Source: Alphaproteobacteria bacterium (GTDB lineage: Bacteria; Pseudomonadota; Alphaproteobacteria; MPNO01). From it: a DNA stretch of 64,000 bases. A program made the translations under genes and the position numbers. Below the pieces are notes generated by a model. The model was not told where the DNA came from. It saw only the letters and a program-made list of their open reading frames with translations, and did not search any database. How positions within the stretch are numbered: position 1 is the stretch's first letter; each line of letters opens with the position of its first letter. The stretch spans positions 417,899-481,898 of the forward strand of contig CBDDOM010000003.1 in assembly GCA_965231875.1 (NCBI GenBank), given 5' to 3'. Shown piece after piece: positions 10,151 through 20,105 of the stretch.

Positions 10151-11491
10151 CTAGCGTATCTCGGGTGCGTCGCTGTCACGGCCCAGGTTGGCGCCCGCGG
10201 TATCTCGCGCCCTGTTCTGCGCCTTCCGCCGCTTCAGATTCTGACGAAGCGCGGCGGCCTCTCTATCGCGGCGGTGGGAAATCTTCGTGGCGTCCGTGGC
10301 CGCCGCTTTCGCGTAACCGTCGCGCGTCTGGGGCAGCCTCCTGTCGAGCAGCCGGCTCGCGACCACGGTTCTCAGGATCTGCGCCGTTCCCCCGCCGATC
10401 GCGAACATCCGCGCGTCGCGGACCATCCTTTCCAATGGGCGGGACTGGGAATAGCCGGCGGCGCCGAAGACCTGGAGCGCGTCGTTGGTCACGCGGATGG
10501 CCATTTCGCTCGACAGCACCTTGGCCTGGGCGGCCATCAGCATGTCGGGAAATCCGTCCCCGGCCGAGCGAGCGGCGCGGTGGATCATCGCCCGGGCCGC
10601 CTCGATCTCGATCGACATGTCCGCCAGCATCCATTGCAGGCCCTGGAATTCGCAGATCGGGCGGCCGAATTGCTCTCTCGTCTTGGCGTATTCGAGTGCG
10701 TGATCGAATGCCCCGGCGGCGACGCCGAGCGCGACGGTCGCGGCGCCGACACGCTGGCTGTTATAGGCGTTCATCAGGTCCGCGAAGCCCTTCCGCAATC
10801 CGCGAGGCGGGACGACCATGGCGGATCCCGGCACCGCCATGTCCTCGAAGCGGATTTCGGTCTCGGGAATGCCGCGAAGCCCCATCGTTCGTTCGCGTTC
10901 GCCAATGACGAGGCCGGGGGTTTCGTCGCGGGTCGCGATGAAGCCGGCGATTCCTTCCTCGTCACCCCGCTCGTCGTAGACGCGGGCGAAAACGAGATGA
11001 AGCCGCGAGACCCCGCCGCCCGTTATCCAGTGCTTGCGACCGTTGACGACGAATTCGTCTCCCTTCCGGTCGGCGCGCGTGGTCATTTCGGATGCGGCGC
11101 TTCCGGCCTCCGGCTCCGTGATGCAAATCGCGGGCTTGTCGCCGCCCAATACACCGTCGGCCCATTGCCGCTTTTGCGCCTCGGTCCCGTAGGCGAGCAC
11201 CGCCGAGATCGCGCCCATATTGGATTCGACCGCGATGCGTCCGGTTACCGCGCAAACCTTCGCGAACTCCTCGATTACCAGCGAGGCATCGAGAAAGCCG
11301 AGGCCCTGACCGCCGAGAGATTCCGGCACTGTCATTCCCATGAAGCCGGCATCCCCGAGCAGCTTCACGGTGTCCCACGGATACTCGCGCGTCTCGTCGA
11401 TCTCGGCCGCGCGGCCGGCAACGTGATCCTGGGCAAGCGCCCGCGCACCGGCCTGCAGTTCGATCTGCGCCGGGCTCAACGAGCCGTCCAT
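10151..11491 (-). CDS. Acyl-CoA dehydrogenase family protein, 3-sulfinopropionyl-CoA desulfinase-like, with a basic C-terminal extension
   Basis: ACAD motifs (EPEAGS, KHWITGG, REQFGRPI, RDARMFAIGGGTAQI) plus GDKPAICITEP, YNSQRVGA and LPQTRDGY, recalled from the Advenella desulfinase Acd. Confidence 0.8.
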   Translation of the reverse strand: MDGSLSPAQIELQAGARALAQDHVAGRAAEIDETREYPWDTVKLLGDAGFMGMTVPESLGGQGLGFLDASLVIEEFAKVCAVTGRIAVESNMGAISAVLAYGTEAQKRQWADGVLGGDKPAICITEPEAGSAASEMTTRADRKGDEFVVNGRKHWITGGGVSRLHLVFARVYDERGDEEGIAGFIATRDETPGLVIGERERTMGLRGIPETEIRFEDMAVPGSAMVVPPRGLRKGFADLMNAYNSQRVGAATVALGVAAGAFDHALEYAKTREQFGRPICEFQGLQWMLADMSIEIEAARAMIHRAARSAGDGFPDMLMAAQAKVLSSEMAIRVTNDALQVFGAAGYSQSRPLERMVRDARMFAIGGGTAQILRTVVASRLLDRRLPQTRDGYAKAAATDATKISHRRDREAAALRQNLKRRKAQNRARDTAGANLGRDSDAPEIR

Positions 11492-11604
11492 GGCCTCATC
11501 CTTTCGTTCGTCGGCGCCAGCATAGTGAAAGCGCTGGCGCTTCGCCGCATTTCTGTCGGCCCGCCCTCCGTGATAGCTTGCCCGAAAGACAGAGGAGGGG
11601 CCTG

Positions 11605-12996
11605 GTGACGACCGGAAGGGATTGCCGGGGGCTTGCGATAACGGCGGCGAACGACGAGGCCGTGGCGGGATTCGACCGCACGATCGGCGCTTACCTGGGC
11701 CTCAGAATGGACACCGGCGACCATCTCAAGGCGACGCTCGAAGCCGATCCGTCCTTCGTCATGGCCCATGTGCTGCGCGGCTATTTCATGCTGCTGTTCG
11801 CGAGCCGGAAACTGCTCGGGCGCGCTCTGTCCTCCCTCGAAACCGCGCGTGAGGCGGTCCGGGAGGGCGGCTGCAACGAACGCGAGAAATTGCACATCGA
11901 TGCGCTGGATGCCTGGGCATCGGGCAACCAGAAACGTGCGCTCGCCGTCTGGGACACGATCCTGACCGAATGGCCGCGAGACGTCCTGGCCCTGAAACTC
12001 TCGGAGTACTGGAATTTCTATCTCGGCGATTGTCGGGGCATGCGCGAGGTGCAGGCCCGGGTCGCACCGCACTGGGACGAGGCGGTACCCGACTACGGCA
12101 AGGTGCTCGGGATGTCCGCCTTCGCCCTGGAAGAGTGCGGCGTATACGACGAAGCGGAACGGCGCGGCCGGCGCGCGGTCGAGCTCGACGGGACGGATAT
12201 CTGGGCGACGCACGCGGTGGCCCATGTGATGGAAATGACCGGTCGCCAACGCGACGGGATCGCGTGGATCGACGGTAAAGCGGCGGATTTCGGCGGGTGC
12301 AACGCTTTCGCCAACCATCTCTGGTGGCACCGCGCGCTGTTCTATTTCGAGCTCGGACAATTCGACGCGGTCCTCGACCTCTACGACCGCGAAGTGCTGC
12401 CCCGGGACGCGTTCGAATATCTGGACATATGCAACGCGGTCTCGATCCTCTGGCGGCTGGAAGAAGAAGACGTCGATGTCGGCGACCGCTGGGAGACGGT
12501 CGCGGACGCGGCCGCGGAACGGGCCGACGACCTTCAACTTGTCTTTACCGACGTGCACTATGCGTTGGCGTTCGCGGCTGCTGCACGAAAGGATGCGCTG
12601 GATGCCCTGGTCGCGGCGGCGGAGGCGTTCGCGGAGGCCGCCGAAGGCACCCAGGCGGAAATCATGGCCGAATACGGGTTGGCCCTCTGCCGTGCAGCCG
12701 GGGCGTCCAAATCGGACGACTGGGGAACCGCCGTCGATCTCCTCTACCCGCGGCGCCGGGGGCTTACCGGGATCGGCGGCAGCCATGCGCAGCGCGACCT
12801 GTTCCGTCGGGGGCTGATTCATGCGGCGGAAAGCGCCGGTAGAGAACGGCTCGCCTCCTCGCTGCTTGCGGAAAGATGCGAGGAAAGACCGGCCAGTCCC
12901 ATTGCATTGCTGCGTTATGCGCGCGTGCTCGCCGGGCTTGGCGAGACCCGCGCGGCGGAAGCAGCTGCAGCAAGAGCCGCCTCTCTGGTTCAATAG
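11605..12996 (+). CDS. Tetratricopeptide repeat protein, TTC38-like
   Basis: GAGGAG then GTG; WPRDVLALK, GMSAFALEE, WATHAVAHVMEM, HLWWHRAL, IGGSHAQRDLF. Confidence 0.8.
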   Translation: MTTGRDCRGLAITAANDEAVAGFDRTIGAYLGLRMDTGDHLKATLEADPSFVMAHVLRGYFMLLFASRKLLGRALSSLETAREAVREGGCNEREKLHIDALDAWASGNQKRALAVWDTILTEWPRDVLALKLSEYWNFYLGDCRGMREVQARVAPHWDEAVPDYGKVLGMSAFALEECGVYDEAERRGRRAVELDGTDIWATHAVAHVMEMTGRQRDGIAWIDGKAADFGGCNAFANHLWWHRALFYFELGQFDAVLDLYDREVLPRDAFEYLDICNAVSILWRLEEEDVDVGDRWETVADAAAERADDLQLVFTDVHYALAFAAAARKDALDALVAAAEAFAEAAEGTQAEIMAEYGLALCRAAGASKSDDWGTAVDLLYPRRRGLTGIGGSHAQRDLFRRGLIHAAESAGRERLASSLLAERCEERPASPIALLRYARVLAGLGETRAAEAAAARAASLVQ

Positions 12997-13011
12997 CATT
13001 CGGTGACCGCG

Positions 13012-13758
13012 ATGAGCGAAGAAAAGAACGTGATCGTGACCGGGGCCGCGAGCGGCATCGGCCAGGCCTGCGCGCGCGATCTCGCGGCCGAGGGACATCG
13101 TGTCCTGGCGCTCGATCTCAGCGCCGACGCGCTCCAGGCCGCGCATCCTGGAGCGGGCAACGCGCTGGTCCCCTTTGCCGGCGATGTCTCGAACGCGGCC
13201 GACTGCGAAGCCGCGGTGGCGGCCGCGGTCGAGCGGTTCGGCGGGCTGGATGCGACGATCCACTTCGCCGCGATCCATTCCTCCGTGCCGTGGTCCGAGC
13301 TCGGAGCCGACGAGTTCAACCGCGTGCTCGCGGTCAACGTCACCGGCTCGTTCTTGATGTCGCAGGCCGCGGCGAAGCCGATGATCGCTCAGGGCGGCGG
13401 GTCGATCGTGCTCACCGCCTCCGGCATCGTCCATATCGGCGGGGTCGGCGGCGCCGGACGGGGCGGTCCCGCCTATGCGAGCTCCAAGGCGGCGATCGTC
13501 GCGCTCACCCGGTCGCTTGCCCGCTCGCTCGGCGCCGACGGGATCCGGGTCAACGCGATCGCCCCCGGCGCGACCGAAACCGCGATGACGGCGGGTTACA
13601 CGGAACAGGCCCGCGCCAACGTCCGCAACGTCGCCGCGCTTGGCCGGATGGGCCGGGCCGAGGAGATCGCCGACGCCGCCCGTTTCCTGATCTCCGACCG
13701 GGCGAGCTACATTTCCGGCGAGATCATGAACGTCAACGGCGGCGCGAGCTTCGCGTAG
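13012..13758 (+). CDS. Short-chain dehydrogenase/reductase
   Basis: TGAASGIG, YASSK, RVNAIAPG. Confidence 0.93.
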   Translation: MSEEKNVIVTGAASGIGQACARDLAAEGHRVLALDLSADALQAAHPGAGNALVPFAGDVSNAADCEAAVAAAVERFGGLDATIHFAAIHSSVPWSELGADEFNRVLAVNVTGSFLMSQAAAKPMIAQGGGSIVLTASGIVHIGGVGGAGRGGPAYASSKAAIVALTRSLARSLGADGIRVNAIAPGATETAMTAGYTEQARANVRNVAALGRMGRAEEIADAARFLISDRASYISGEIMNVNGGASFA

Positions 13759-13779
13759 GCGTCCGGCGCGCCGTCTGGC

Positions 13780-15024
13780 CTAGAAACGATCCGCCTTGTA
13801 GGGGCTGGGGTCGATCTCGCTGTCGCGGCCGGCGACGAGATCCGCCACAATTCTCCCGGTAACCGCGCCCAGCGTGAGGCCGAGATGGCCGTGGCCGAAT
13901 GCGAGGAACGCGCGGTCGGATCCCGGAACGGGACCGATCACCGGCAGACTGTCCGGCATCGAGGGCCGGAATCCCATCCATTCCTCGCCGCCGTCGAGCT
14001 TGAGGTCGGGGACGATTATCCGCGCCATGGGACCCAGCATGCGCGACCGCCGGTAGTTGGGAGGCGCATCGACGCTGGCAAGCTCCGACGTGCCGGCGAG
14101 GCGGATACCGTCGGTCATTGGTGTGAGCGCGAAGCGATGGTCGCCTACGATGAGCGGTATGCGCAGATCGACGCCGGGATCGGGCAGCATCAGATGATAG
14201 CCGCGCTCGGTGTCGAGAGGCACGCGCGCGCCCAGCTTCGCCGTCCATTGCTTCGAGAACGCGCCCATGGCTATCACCAGCCGGTCCACTTCGTGCCGGC
14301 TCGCATCGGTGACGATTGCGGTCGGGCCGTCCGGTCCGGATTCGATATTCGTGACGGTTTCGGTGAGCAGGGTGCCCCCGCCACGCACGAAAGCGTTCGC
14401 TAGCCGGCGGGAGAGCGCGAGCGGGCTGGCGACGCGCAGGCAGTCGGGCGAAAAGACTCCCCGTGCCACATCCGGGGCGAGCGCGGGTTCCAGCTGCCGC
14501 ATTTCGGAAGGCCCGACGTCTTCGAGCTTCGCGCCGTGACGACGTCGGTGATCGTGGTCGCGCTTTGCCGACTCGTAGGCGGCCAGGCTCCGATAGACAT
14601 AGAGCTCTCCGGTGGGCACGAAAAGATCCTCTGCATCCGCCGCGGCGAGCAGCGGGCGGTATGAGTCGTGGGCCCGCTCCAGGAGGGCGGCGAGGGCGCG
14701 CGAAATCGCATCGACTCTTTGCGGGCTCGACGCGGCGACGAAGCGCAGAAGCCAGGGCGTGAGCCGGAGCAGATAGCGCCAGCGGATGACCAGCGGTCCC
14801 TCGGGGTCCATCAGCATCCCCGGCACCTTCCACAAGATGCCGGGCGTACCGATCGGCAGAGCGGATTCGACCTGGATCAGCCCAGCATTGCCGTAGGACG
14901 TCCCTTCGCCCGGCGGCAGCCGGTCGATCACCGTAACCCGGTGTCCGTCGCGCTGGAGGGAGAGCGCCGAGCAGAGCCCGACGATCCCGGCGCCCAGAAC
15001 GATGACGTCGCGGGGCGGAGACAC
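13780..15024 (-). CDS. FAD-dependent oxidoreductase, D-amino acid dehydrogenase (DadA) family
   Basis: GAGIVG, TSYGNAG, ERGYH, WMGFRPSMPDSLPVIG, FGHGHLGLT. Confidence 0.88.
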   Translation of the reverse strand: MSPPRDVIVLGAGIVGLCSALSLQRDGHRVTVIDRLPPGEGTSYGNAGLIQVESALPIGTPGILWKVPGMLMDPEGPLVIRWRYLLRLTPWLLRFVAASSPQRVDAISRALAALLERAHDSYRPLLAAADAEDLFVPTGELYVYRSLAAYESAKRDHDHRRRHGAKLEDVGPSEMRQLEPALAPDVARGVFSPDCLRVASPLALSRRLANAFVRGGGTLLTETVTNIESGPDGPTAIVTDASRHEVDRLVIAMGAFSKQWTAKLGARVPLDTERGYHLMLPDPGVDLRIPLIVGDHRFALTPMTDGIRLAGTSELASVDAPPNYRRSRMLGPMARIIVPDLKLDGGEEWMGFRPSMPDSLPVIGPVPGSDRAFLAFGHGHLGLTLGAVTGRIVADLVAGRDSEIDPSPYKADRF

Positions 15025-15030
15025 GCTCGC

Positions 15031-16029
15031 TTATCCCAGCCCGAGGAACGCGCGGCCGTTGTTGAGATACATGTCCTCGCGTTCCTGGGCCGTGCATCGC
15101 AGGTTGTCGACCACGGCGATCGTGTCCCGCATCAGGATACGCCCGCCCTCTCTGTCGAACGGGCAGTCCGACGCGAAGAGGGAGTGGCTGGCGCCGAAGA
15201 ATTCCAGCCCGCACTGGCTCGCCGCCTGGGCGCCGAACATTGCCGTGTCGGCATGGAACATCTTGAAATATTCGCTCACCGGACGCTTCAGGTTGTCCTT
15301 CAGCGGTCCATAATCGGTCTCGTCCGATTGCGATGACCGGCCTTCCCAGTGCGGCAGCCGGCCTTCGGCGTGGGGGATGTACGCGCCCCAGTGATGCGCC
15401 AGTATTTTCAGGCTCGGCAGCTTGTCGAACATGCCCGAGAACACGATGCGGGCCATCGCCGCGGAGGTTTCGTAAGCCCAACCGAGACCCCAGAAGATTT
15501 CGTATTTGGACTCGTCCTCGGCTTGGTAGTCCGAATGCGACATCGGCCGCGCCGGATGCAGGAATACGGGTTTGCCCAGGCGTTCCAGGCGTTCGAACAC
15601 GGGAAAGAACGCCGGGTCGTCGAGCGCGCGGCCGTTGACGTTGGAATGGATCTGGGCGCCGCAGGCGTCGAGCTCGGTCACCGCCCGGTCGACTTCTTTC
15701 ACCGCTTCGTCCGGATTGTTCATCGGCAAGCTCAGGAGGAAGCTCGGAAACCGGTCGGGGTGCGCGCGGCAGATCGCCGCCATCCCGTCATTCGCGATCC
15801 GCGCCAGCGCCGGCGTTCGTTCGGGGCCTCCCAGCAAGTCGATGGGCGGTTGCGACATGGAGACGATCTGTTGGTAGTCGCCGAACTCGTCGAGCAGACG
15901 CAGCCGCGCGTCCATGTTCCAGAGCGTCTCGATGGAGCGCCACCGCGCCACCGCACGCTTGGGCATGGTTTCCTCCAGCGTCTCGATGAAGACCTCGGGA
16001 AACACATGGTTGAAGACATCGAGTTTCAT
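15031..16029 (-). CDS. Amidohydrolase_2 family protein (decarboxylase/hydratase-like)
   Basis: DVFNH, ARIANDG, FLHP, YETSAAMARIVFSG, ASDCPFD. Confidence 0.8.
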   Translation of the reverse strand: MKLDVFNHVFPEVFIETLEETMPKRAVARWRSIETLWNMDARLRLLDEFGDYQQIVSMSQPPIDLLGGPERTPALARIANDGMAAICRAHPDRFPSFLLSLPMNNPDEAVKEVDRAVTELDACGAQIHSNVNGRALDDPAFFPVFERLERLGKPVFLHPARPMSHSDYQAEDESKYEIFWGLGWAYETSAAMARIVFSGMFDKLPSLKILAHHWGAYIPHAEGRLPHWEGRSSQSDETDYGPLKDNLKRPVSEYFKMFHADTAMFGAQAASQCGLEFFGASHSLFASDCPFDREGGRILMRDTIAVVDNLRCTAQEREDMYLNNGRAFLGLG

Positions 16030-16132
16030 TGGTTTGCACTCCTGTCGACGCTATTGGAGAACCGCCGTGCCGGCTCCGCGATCATAGGGCATTCGTCGTC
16101 CGTGGCGCACGGCAACGTCGGGCCTGCCTCCA

Positions 16133-17410
16133 TCATGCGCGAGCTTTCACGAAGGCCTCCAGCCGTCGCCGATAGGCCGCCATGTCTTCGATCGGCCGGC
16201 CGGCGACACCGCTTTCCATTGCCGCGTGGGCGACGGCAACGGGCACCTCGACGGCGAGCCTGGGATCGAACGGCTTCGGCACGAGGTAGCGGCGTCCGAA
16301 GGTGAGCGACTCGCCGGGATAAGTCTCGCGGACGGTCGCCGGCGGTTCGCTGCGGGCGATTTCGGCGAGGGCGCGGACGCAGGCGGACTTCATGGCAAGG
16401 TTTATGGTGCTCGCGCCCACGTCCAACGCCCCGCGGAACAGGAACGGAAAACACAGCACGTTATTGACCTGGTTGGGAAAATCCGATCGGCCGGTCGCGA
16501 TCGTCACATCCGCCCGTGCATCGTGCGCTTCTGCCGGGTCGATCTCGGGGTCGGGATTGGCCAGCGCCAGCACCAGCGGATCGCGGGCCATCGCCCGCAC
16601 CATGGCGGCATCGATGAGTCCGGCGGCCGAAACTCCGAGAAAGACGTCGGCGCCGGCCAACGCCTCGCCGACGGTGCGAAGGTCGGTCCTCGCCGCATAG
16701 CGCGCCTTGTTGGGCTCCATCGCCTCGTCGCGGCCCTCGAATATGACCCCGCGGCTGTCGGCGACGACGACGGAATCCTTTCTCAGCCCCATCCCGGTGA
16801 GCAGGTCGAGGCCGGCGATCGCCGCGGCGCCCGCGCCGGAACACACGAGCCGGATGTCCTCCAGCCGACGCCCGGTCAGTTCGAGCCAGTTGACCAGGGC
16901 GGCTGCCGTCACCACGGCGGTACCGTGCTGGTCGTCGTGGAAGACCGGGATATTCATGCGCTCGATCAGCCTGGACTCGATCTCGAAGCACTCCGGCGCC
17001 TTGATGTCCTCCAGGTTGATGCCGCCGAAGGTGGGCTCGAGCCGCGCGACCGTCTCCACGAAGGCGTCCGGATCGTTCTCCGCGATCTCGATGTCGAACA
17101 CGTCGATTCCGGCAAAGCGCTTGAACAGGACGGCCTTGCCTTCCATGACCGGCTTGGACGCGAGCGGCCCGATGTTGCCGAGACCGAGCACGGCGCTGCC
17201 ATTGCTGATCACGCCCACGCAGTTCGCGCGGCCCGTCATCTCCGCGGCCGCCGCCGGGTCATCGACGATGGCCAGGCAGGCATCGGCCACGCCCGGCGAA
17301 TAGGCCAGGGCCAGGTCGTCGGGCGTCGATACCGGCTTGGTCGCGACCACCTCGAGTTTTCCCGGCGGATCGGCACGGTGATAGGCGAGCGCCCGCTCCT
17401 TGAGCGACAT
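16133..17410 (-). CDS. NADP-dependent malic enzyme, MaeB-type ME domain only (no PTA domain)
   Basis: [60 protein letters not shown]; 425 aa. Confidence 0.9.
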   Translation of the reverse strand: MSLKERALAYHRADPPGKLEVVATKPVSTPDDLALAYSPGVADACLAIVDDPAAAAEMTGRANCVGVISNGSAVLGLGNIGPLASKPVMEGKAVLFKRFAGIDVFDIEIAENDPDAFVETVARLEPTFGGINLEDIKAPECFEIESRLIERMNIPVFHDDQHGTAVVTAAALVNWLELTGRRLEDIRLVCSGAGAAAIAGLDLLTGMGLRKDSVVVADSRGVIFEGRDEAMEPNKARYAARTDLRTVGEALAGADVFLGVSAAGLIDAAMVRAMARDPLVLALANPDPEIDPAEAHDARADVTIATGRSDFPNQVNNVLCFPFLFRGALDVGASTINLAMKSACVRALAEIARSEPPATVRETYPGESLTFGRRYLVPKPFDPRLAVEVPVAVAHAAMESGVAGRPIEDMAAYRRRLEAFVKARA

Positions 17411-17561
17411 CCTCGTGTTTTCCCTGTCGTTCGGCAGTGCGGCGGCGGCACAATATGTCAGAACGCGGCTGAAGGCGAACCCCCCGGGCAGTCTTGGACG
17501 GGTTCGGGCACTGGTCTAAGGTCCGGCCAAATCGCCGGGGAACAGGAACGGGAGGGTCCAT

Positions 17562-18479
17562 ATGCGCATCGCCCTGATCGGACAGCAGGCATTCGGGAAA
17601 TCGGTTCTGGAGGCGCTGCTCGAACGCGGCGAGGAGGTGATCGCCGTCTACTGCGCCCCCGATCGGGAAGGGCGCCGCCCCGACCCGCTCAAGGAGGCCG
17701 CGCAAGAGCACGGCATCCCGCTCCGGCAGCCGCCGTCCTACAAGGAGCCGGCGGTGTGGGAGGAGTACCGGGAGATGAAGCCCGATCTCGGGGTGATGGC
17801 GTTCGTCACTCTCTTCGTTCCCGAGGACTTCCTCTACATCCCGACCGGGGGGACGATCCAATACCACCCCTCGCTGCTGCCGAAGCATCGCGGACCGAGC
17901 TCGATCAACTGGCCGATCATTCTGGGCGCCACCAGGACGGGGCTCTCTATTTTCTGGCCGGATAACGGTCTCGATACCGGACCGATCCTGATGCAGAAGG
18001 AAGTCGACATCCTTGAGAACGATACCCTGGGAACGGTCTATTTCGACAAGCTGTTCCCGCTCGGTGTCGAAACCATGATCGAGAGCGTCGATCTGGTGCG
18101 GGAGGGCAATGCGCCGAAGATCGTCCAGGACGACAGCCAGTCGACCTACGAGAGCTGGTGCCGCAAGGCGGATGTCGAAATCGACTGGACGAAGCCCGCC
18201 CGGGAAGTCCACAACCTGATCCGGGGCGCCGACCCGGCGCCAGGCGCTTGGACCGTGATCGGGGGAACGACGGTCCAGCTCTTCGAGTCCAGACGGGCCG
18301 ACGGCTCCGGAGGCGAGCCGGGTGAGATCGTCGCCGTGGGGGATGGACGGCTCGTTATCGCAACGGGAGACGGCCGGATTTCGGTGGGTCGCGCACGCCC
18401 GGAAGCCGGCGCCAAGGTGGCGGCCGATGCGTATGTCGGGGAAGCCGGCATTGCGGCCGGAACGCGTGCGGGGCCGTAG
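17562..18479 (+). CDS. Formyltransferase-fold protein (10-formyl-THF hydrolase/Fmt-like)
   Basis: IGQQAFG, YHPSLLPKHRGPSSINW, FWPDNGLDTGPIL, IRGADPAPGAWT. Confidence 0.8.
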   Translation: MRIALIGQQAFGKSVLEALLERGEEVIAVYCAPDREGRRPDPLKEAAQEHGIPLRQPPSYKEPAVWEEYREMKPDLGVMAFVTLFVPEDFLYIPTGGTIQYHPSLLPKHRGPSSINWPIILGATRTGLSIFWPDNGLDTGPILMQKEVDILENDTLGTVYFDKLFPLGVETMIESVDLVREGNAPKIVQDDSQSTYESWCRKADVEIDWTKPAREVHNLIRGADPAPGAWTVIGGTTVQLFESRRADGSGGEPGEIVAVGDGRLVIATGDGRISVGRARPEAGAKVAADAYVGEAGIAAGTRAGP

Positions 18480-18482
18480 CTT

Positions 18483-20012
18483 CTACCCCGACGCTTCCGA
18501 CTTGCGAAGCTCGGTCTTCAGCACCTTGCCGTAGTTGTTCTTGGGAAGGGCGTCGATGAAACGATAGGCGCGCGGCCGCTTGAAGCGGGCGATGTTCTCG
18601 ATGCAGAGCGCGTCCAGGGTCGCGGCGTCGACTTCCGTTTCGGCCCGCGGAACGACGAAGGCCACGACTTCTTCGCCCATGTCGTGATGCGGACGTCCTA
18701 TCACCGAGACCTCAAGCACGCCGGGGTGTCTGAGCAGCGCCTCCTCGACCTCGCGCGGATAGATATTGGACCCGCCCGAGATGATCAGGTCCTTCGAACG
18801 GTCCTTGAGGGTCAGATATCCGTCCTCGTCGAGGGCGCCCATGTCGCCGGTGTGCAGCCAGCCTCCACGCAGCGTCTCCGCCGTGGCTTCCGGATTCCGC
18901 CAGTAGCCGGTCATGACGACGTCGCCGCGAACCAGTACCTCGCCGACTTCGCCCGGCTTCACGTCCCCGTCGTCGCGGTCGCAGACCCGCACCTCGACGT
19001 CGGTGCGGGGGACGCCCACGGACGCCAGCCGTTCCATGTAGCGCGGATGGCCGCGGTCGAGATGGGCTTCGCGCGACAGCCCTGTGATGGTCATGGGCGA
19101 CTCGCCCTGGCCGTAGATCTGGACCAGCCGCGGGCCGAGCGCGTCGAGTGCGCGGAGACAATCCTCCGCATACATCGGCCCGCCGCCATAGACGATGGTT
19201 CGTAGATTGGAGAGATCCGCGCTTCCAAGGGACGGCGCGTTGATCAGGCGGGTCACCATGGTCGGCGCGAAGAACGCCATGACATCCGTATAGGCGGGGA
19301 GGAGGGTGAGGAATTCGTCGCCGTTGAACCCCTTGCTTTCCGGGACGACCTGGCATGCGCCCTTGGCGATATGGGGCAGCAGATAGAGGCCGGAGCCGTG
19401 CGACATCGGCGCGGCGTGGACGATCGTGCTGTCCGCGCTTACCCGGTCGACATCGGCGTAGTAGCTGAGCGTCATGGTCAGAAGGTTGCGGTGGCTGAGC
19501 ATCGCGCCCTTCGGACGTCCCGTCGTGCCCGAGGTGTAGAACAGCCAGGCGAGGTCGTCGGGCGTCGCGTCCGCCATCGGAGAGGGCTCTGCGGCGCAGA
19601 GTTTCGCGTAGTCCGTCCCGCCAACCACCGGGACCGCAAGGAGTTCGGGAAGATCGTCGGCGACGCCGGCGATTCCTTCCGCGAGGTTCTCGGTCGCGAT
19701 GCAAACCCGCGCACCCGAATCGCCAAGAATGTACGCGAATTCCCGAGGGTGCAGCTTCGCGTTTATCGGGACCGCCGCGAACCCGCCATGCCAGGCCGCG
19801 AACAGCGCTTCCACATATTCCGGCGTGTTTGTCATCGCCAGCGCGACCCGGTCGCCCGGCGCGAGGCCGTGGATGTCGCGCAAGCCCGTGGCGAGCCGCG
19901 CGACCCGGTCGGCGAGGTCGCGGTAGGTGAGGACGGTGCCGGTGCCGACCGCGACGGCCGGCCGGTCGGACCAGGCGGCGGCCGGCTTGGCAAGAAGTTG
20001 AGCGAGGTTCAT
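18483..20012 (-). CDS. AMP-dependent acyl-CoA synthetase/ligase
   Basis: YTSGTTGRPKG, YGQGE, WLHTGD, DRSKDLIISGGSNIYPREVE, LPKNNYGK; start set at MNLAQ. Confidence 0.92.
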   Translation of the reverse strand: MNLAQLLAKPAAAWSDRPAVAVGTGTVLTYRDLADRVARLATGLRDIHGLAPGDRVALAMTNTPEYVEALFAAWHGGFAAVPINAKLHPREFAYILGDSGARVCIATENLAEGIAGVADDLPELLAVPVVGGTDYAKLCAAEPSPMADATPDDLAWLFYTSGTTGRPKGAMLSHRNLLTMTLSYYADVDRVSADSTIVHAAPMSHGSGLYLLPHIAKGACQVVPESKGFNGDEFLTLLPAYTDVMAFFAPTMVTRLINAPSLGSADLSNLRTIVYGGGPMYAEDCLRALDALGPRLVQIYGQGESPMTITGLSREAHLDRGHPRYMERLASVGVPRTDVEVRVCDRDDGDVKPGEVGEVLVRGDVVMTGYWRNPEATAETLRGGWLHTGDMGALDEDGYLTLKDRSKDLIISGGSNIYPREVEEALLRHPGVLEVSVIGRPHHDMGEEVVAFVVPRAETEVDAATLDALCIENIARFKRPRAYRFIDALPKNNYGKVLKTELRKSEASG

Positions 20013-20105
20013 GGCATCTCCGTCCCATATCGCGCCGCGGATCGTCAAGCTCTTGCATCCACGCGCTACGCGGGCGACAGTCCTGCAAATTCCGGGAGCG
20101 GGTCT

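Noticed and set aside
17562-18479. Housekeeping methionyl-tRNA formyltransferase fmt
   Set aside because: Lacks the typical FMGTP N-terminus and def linkage
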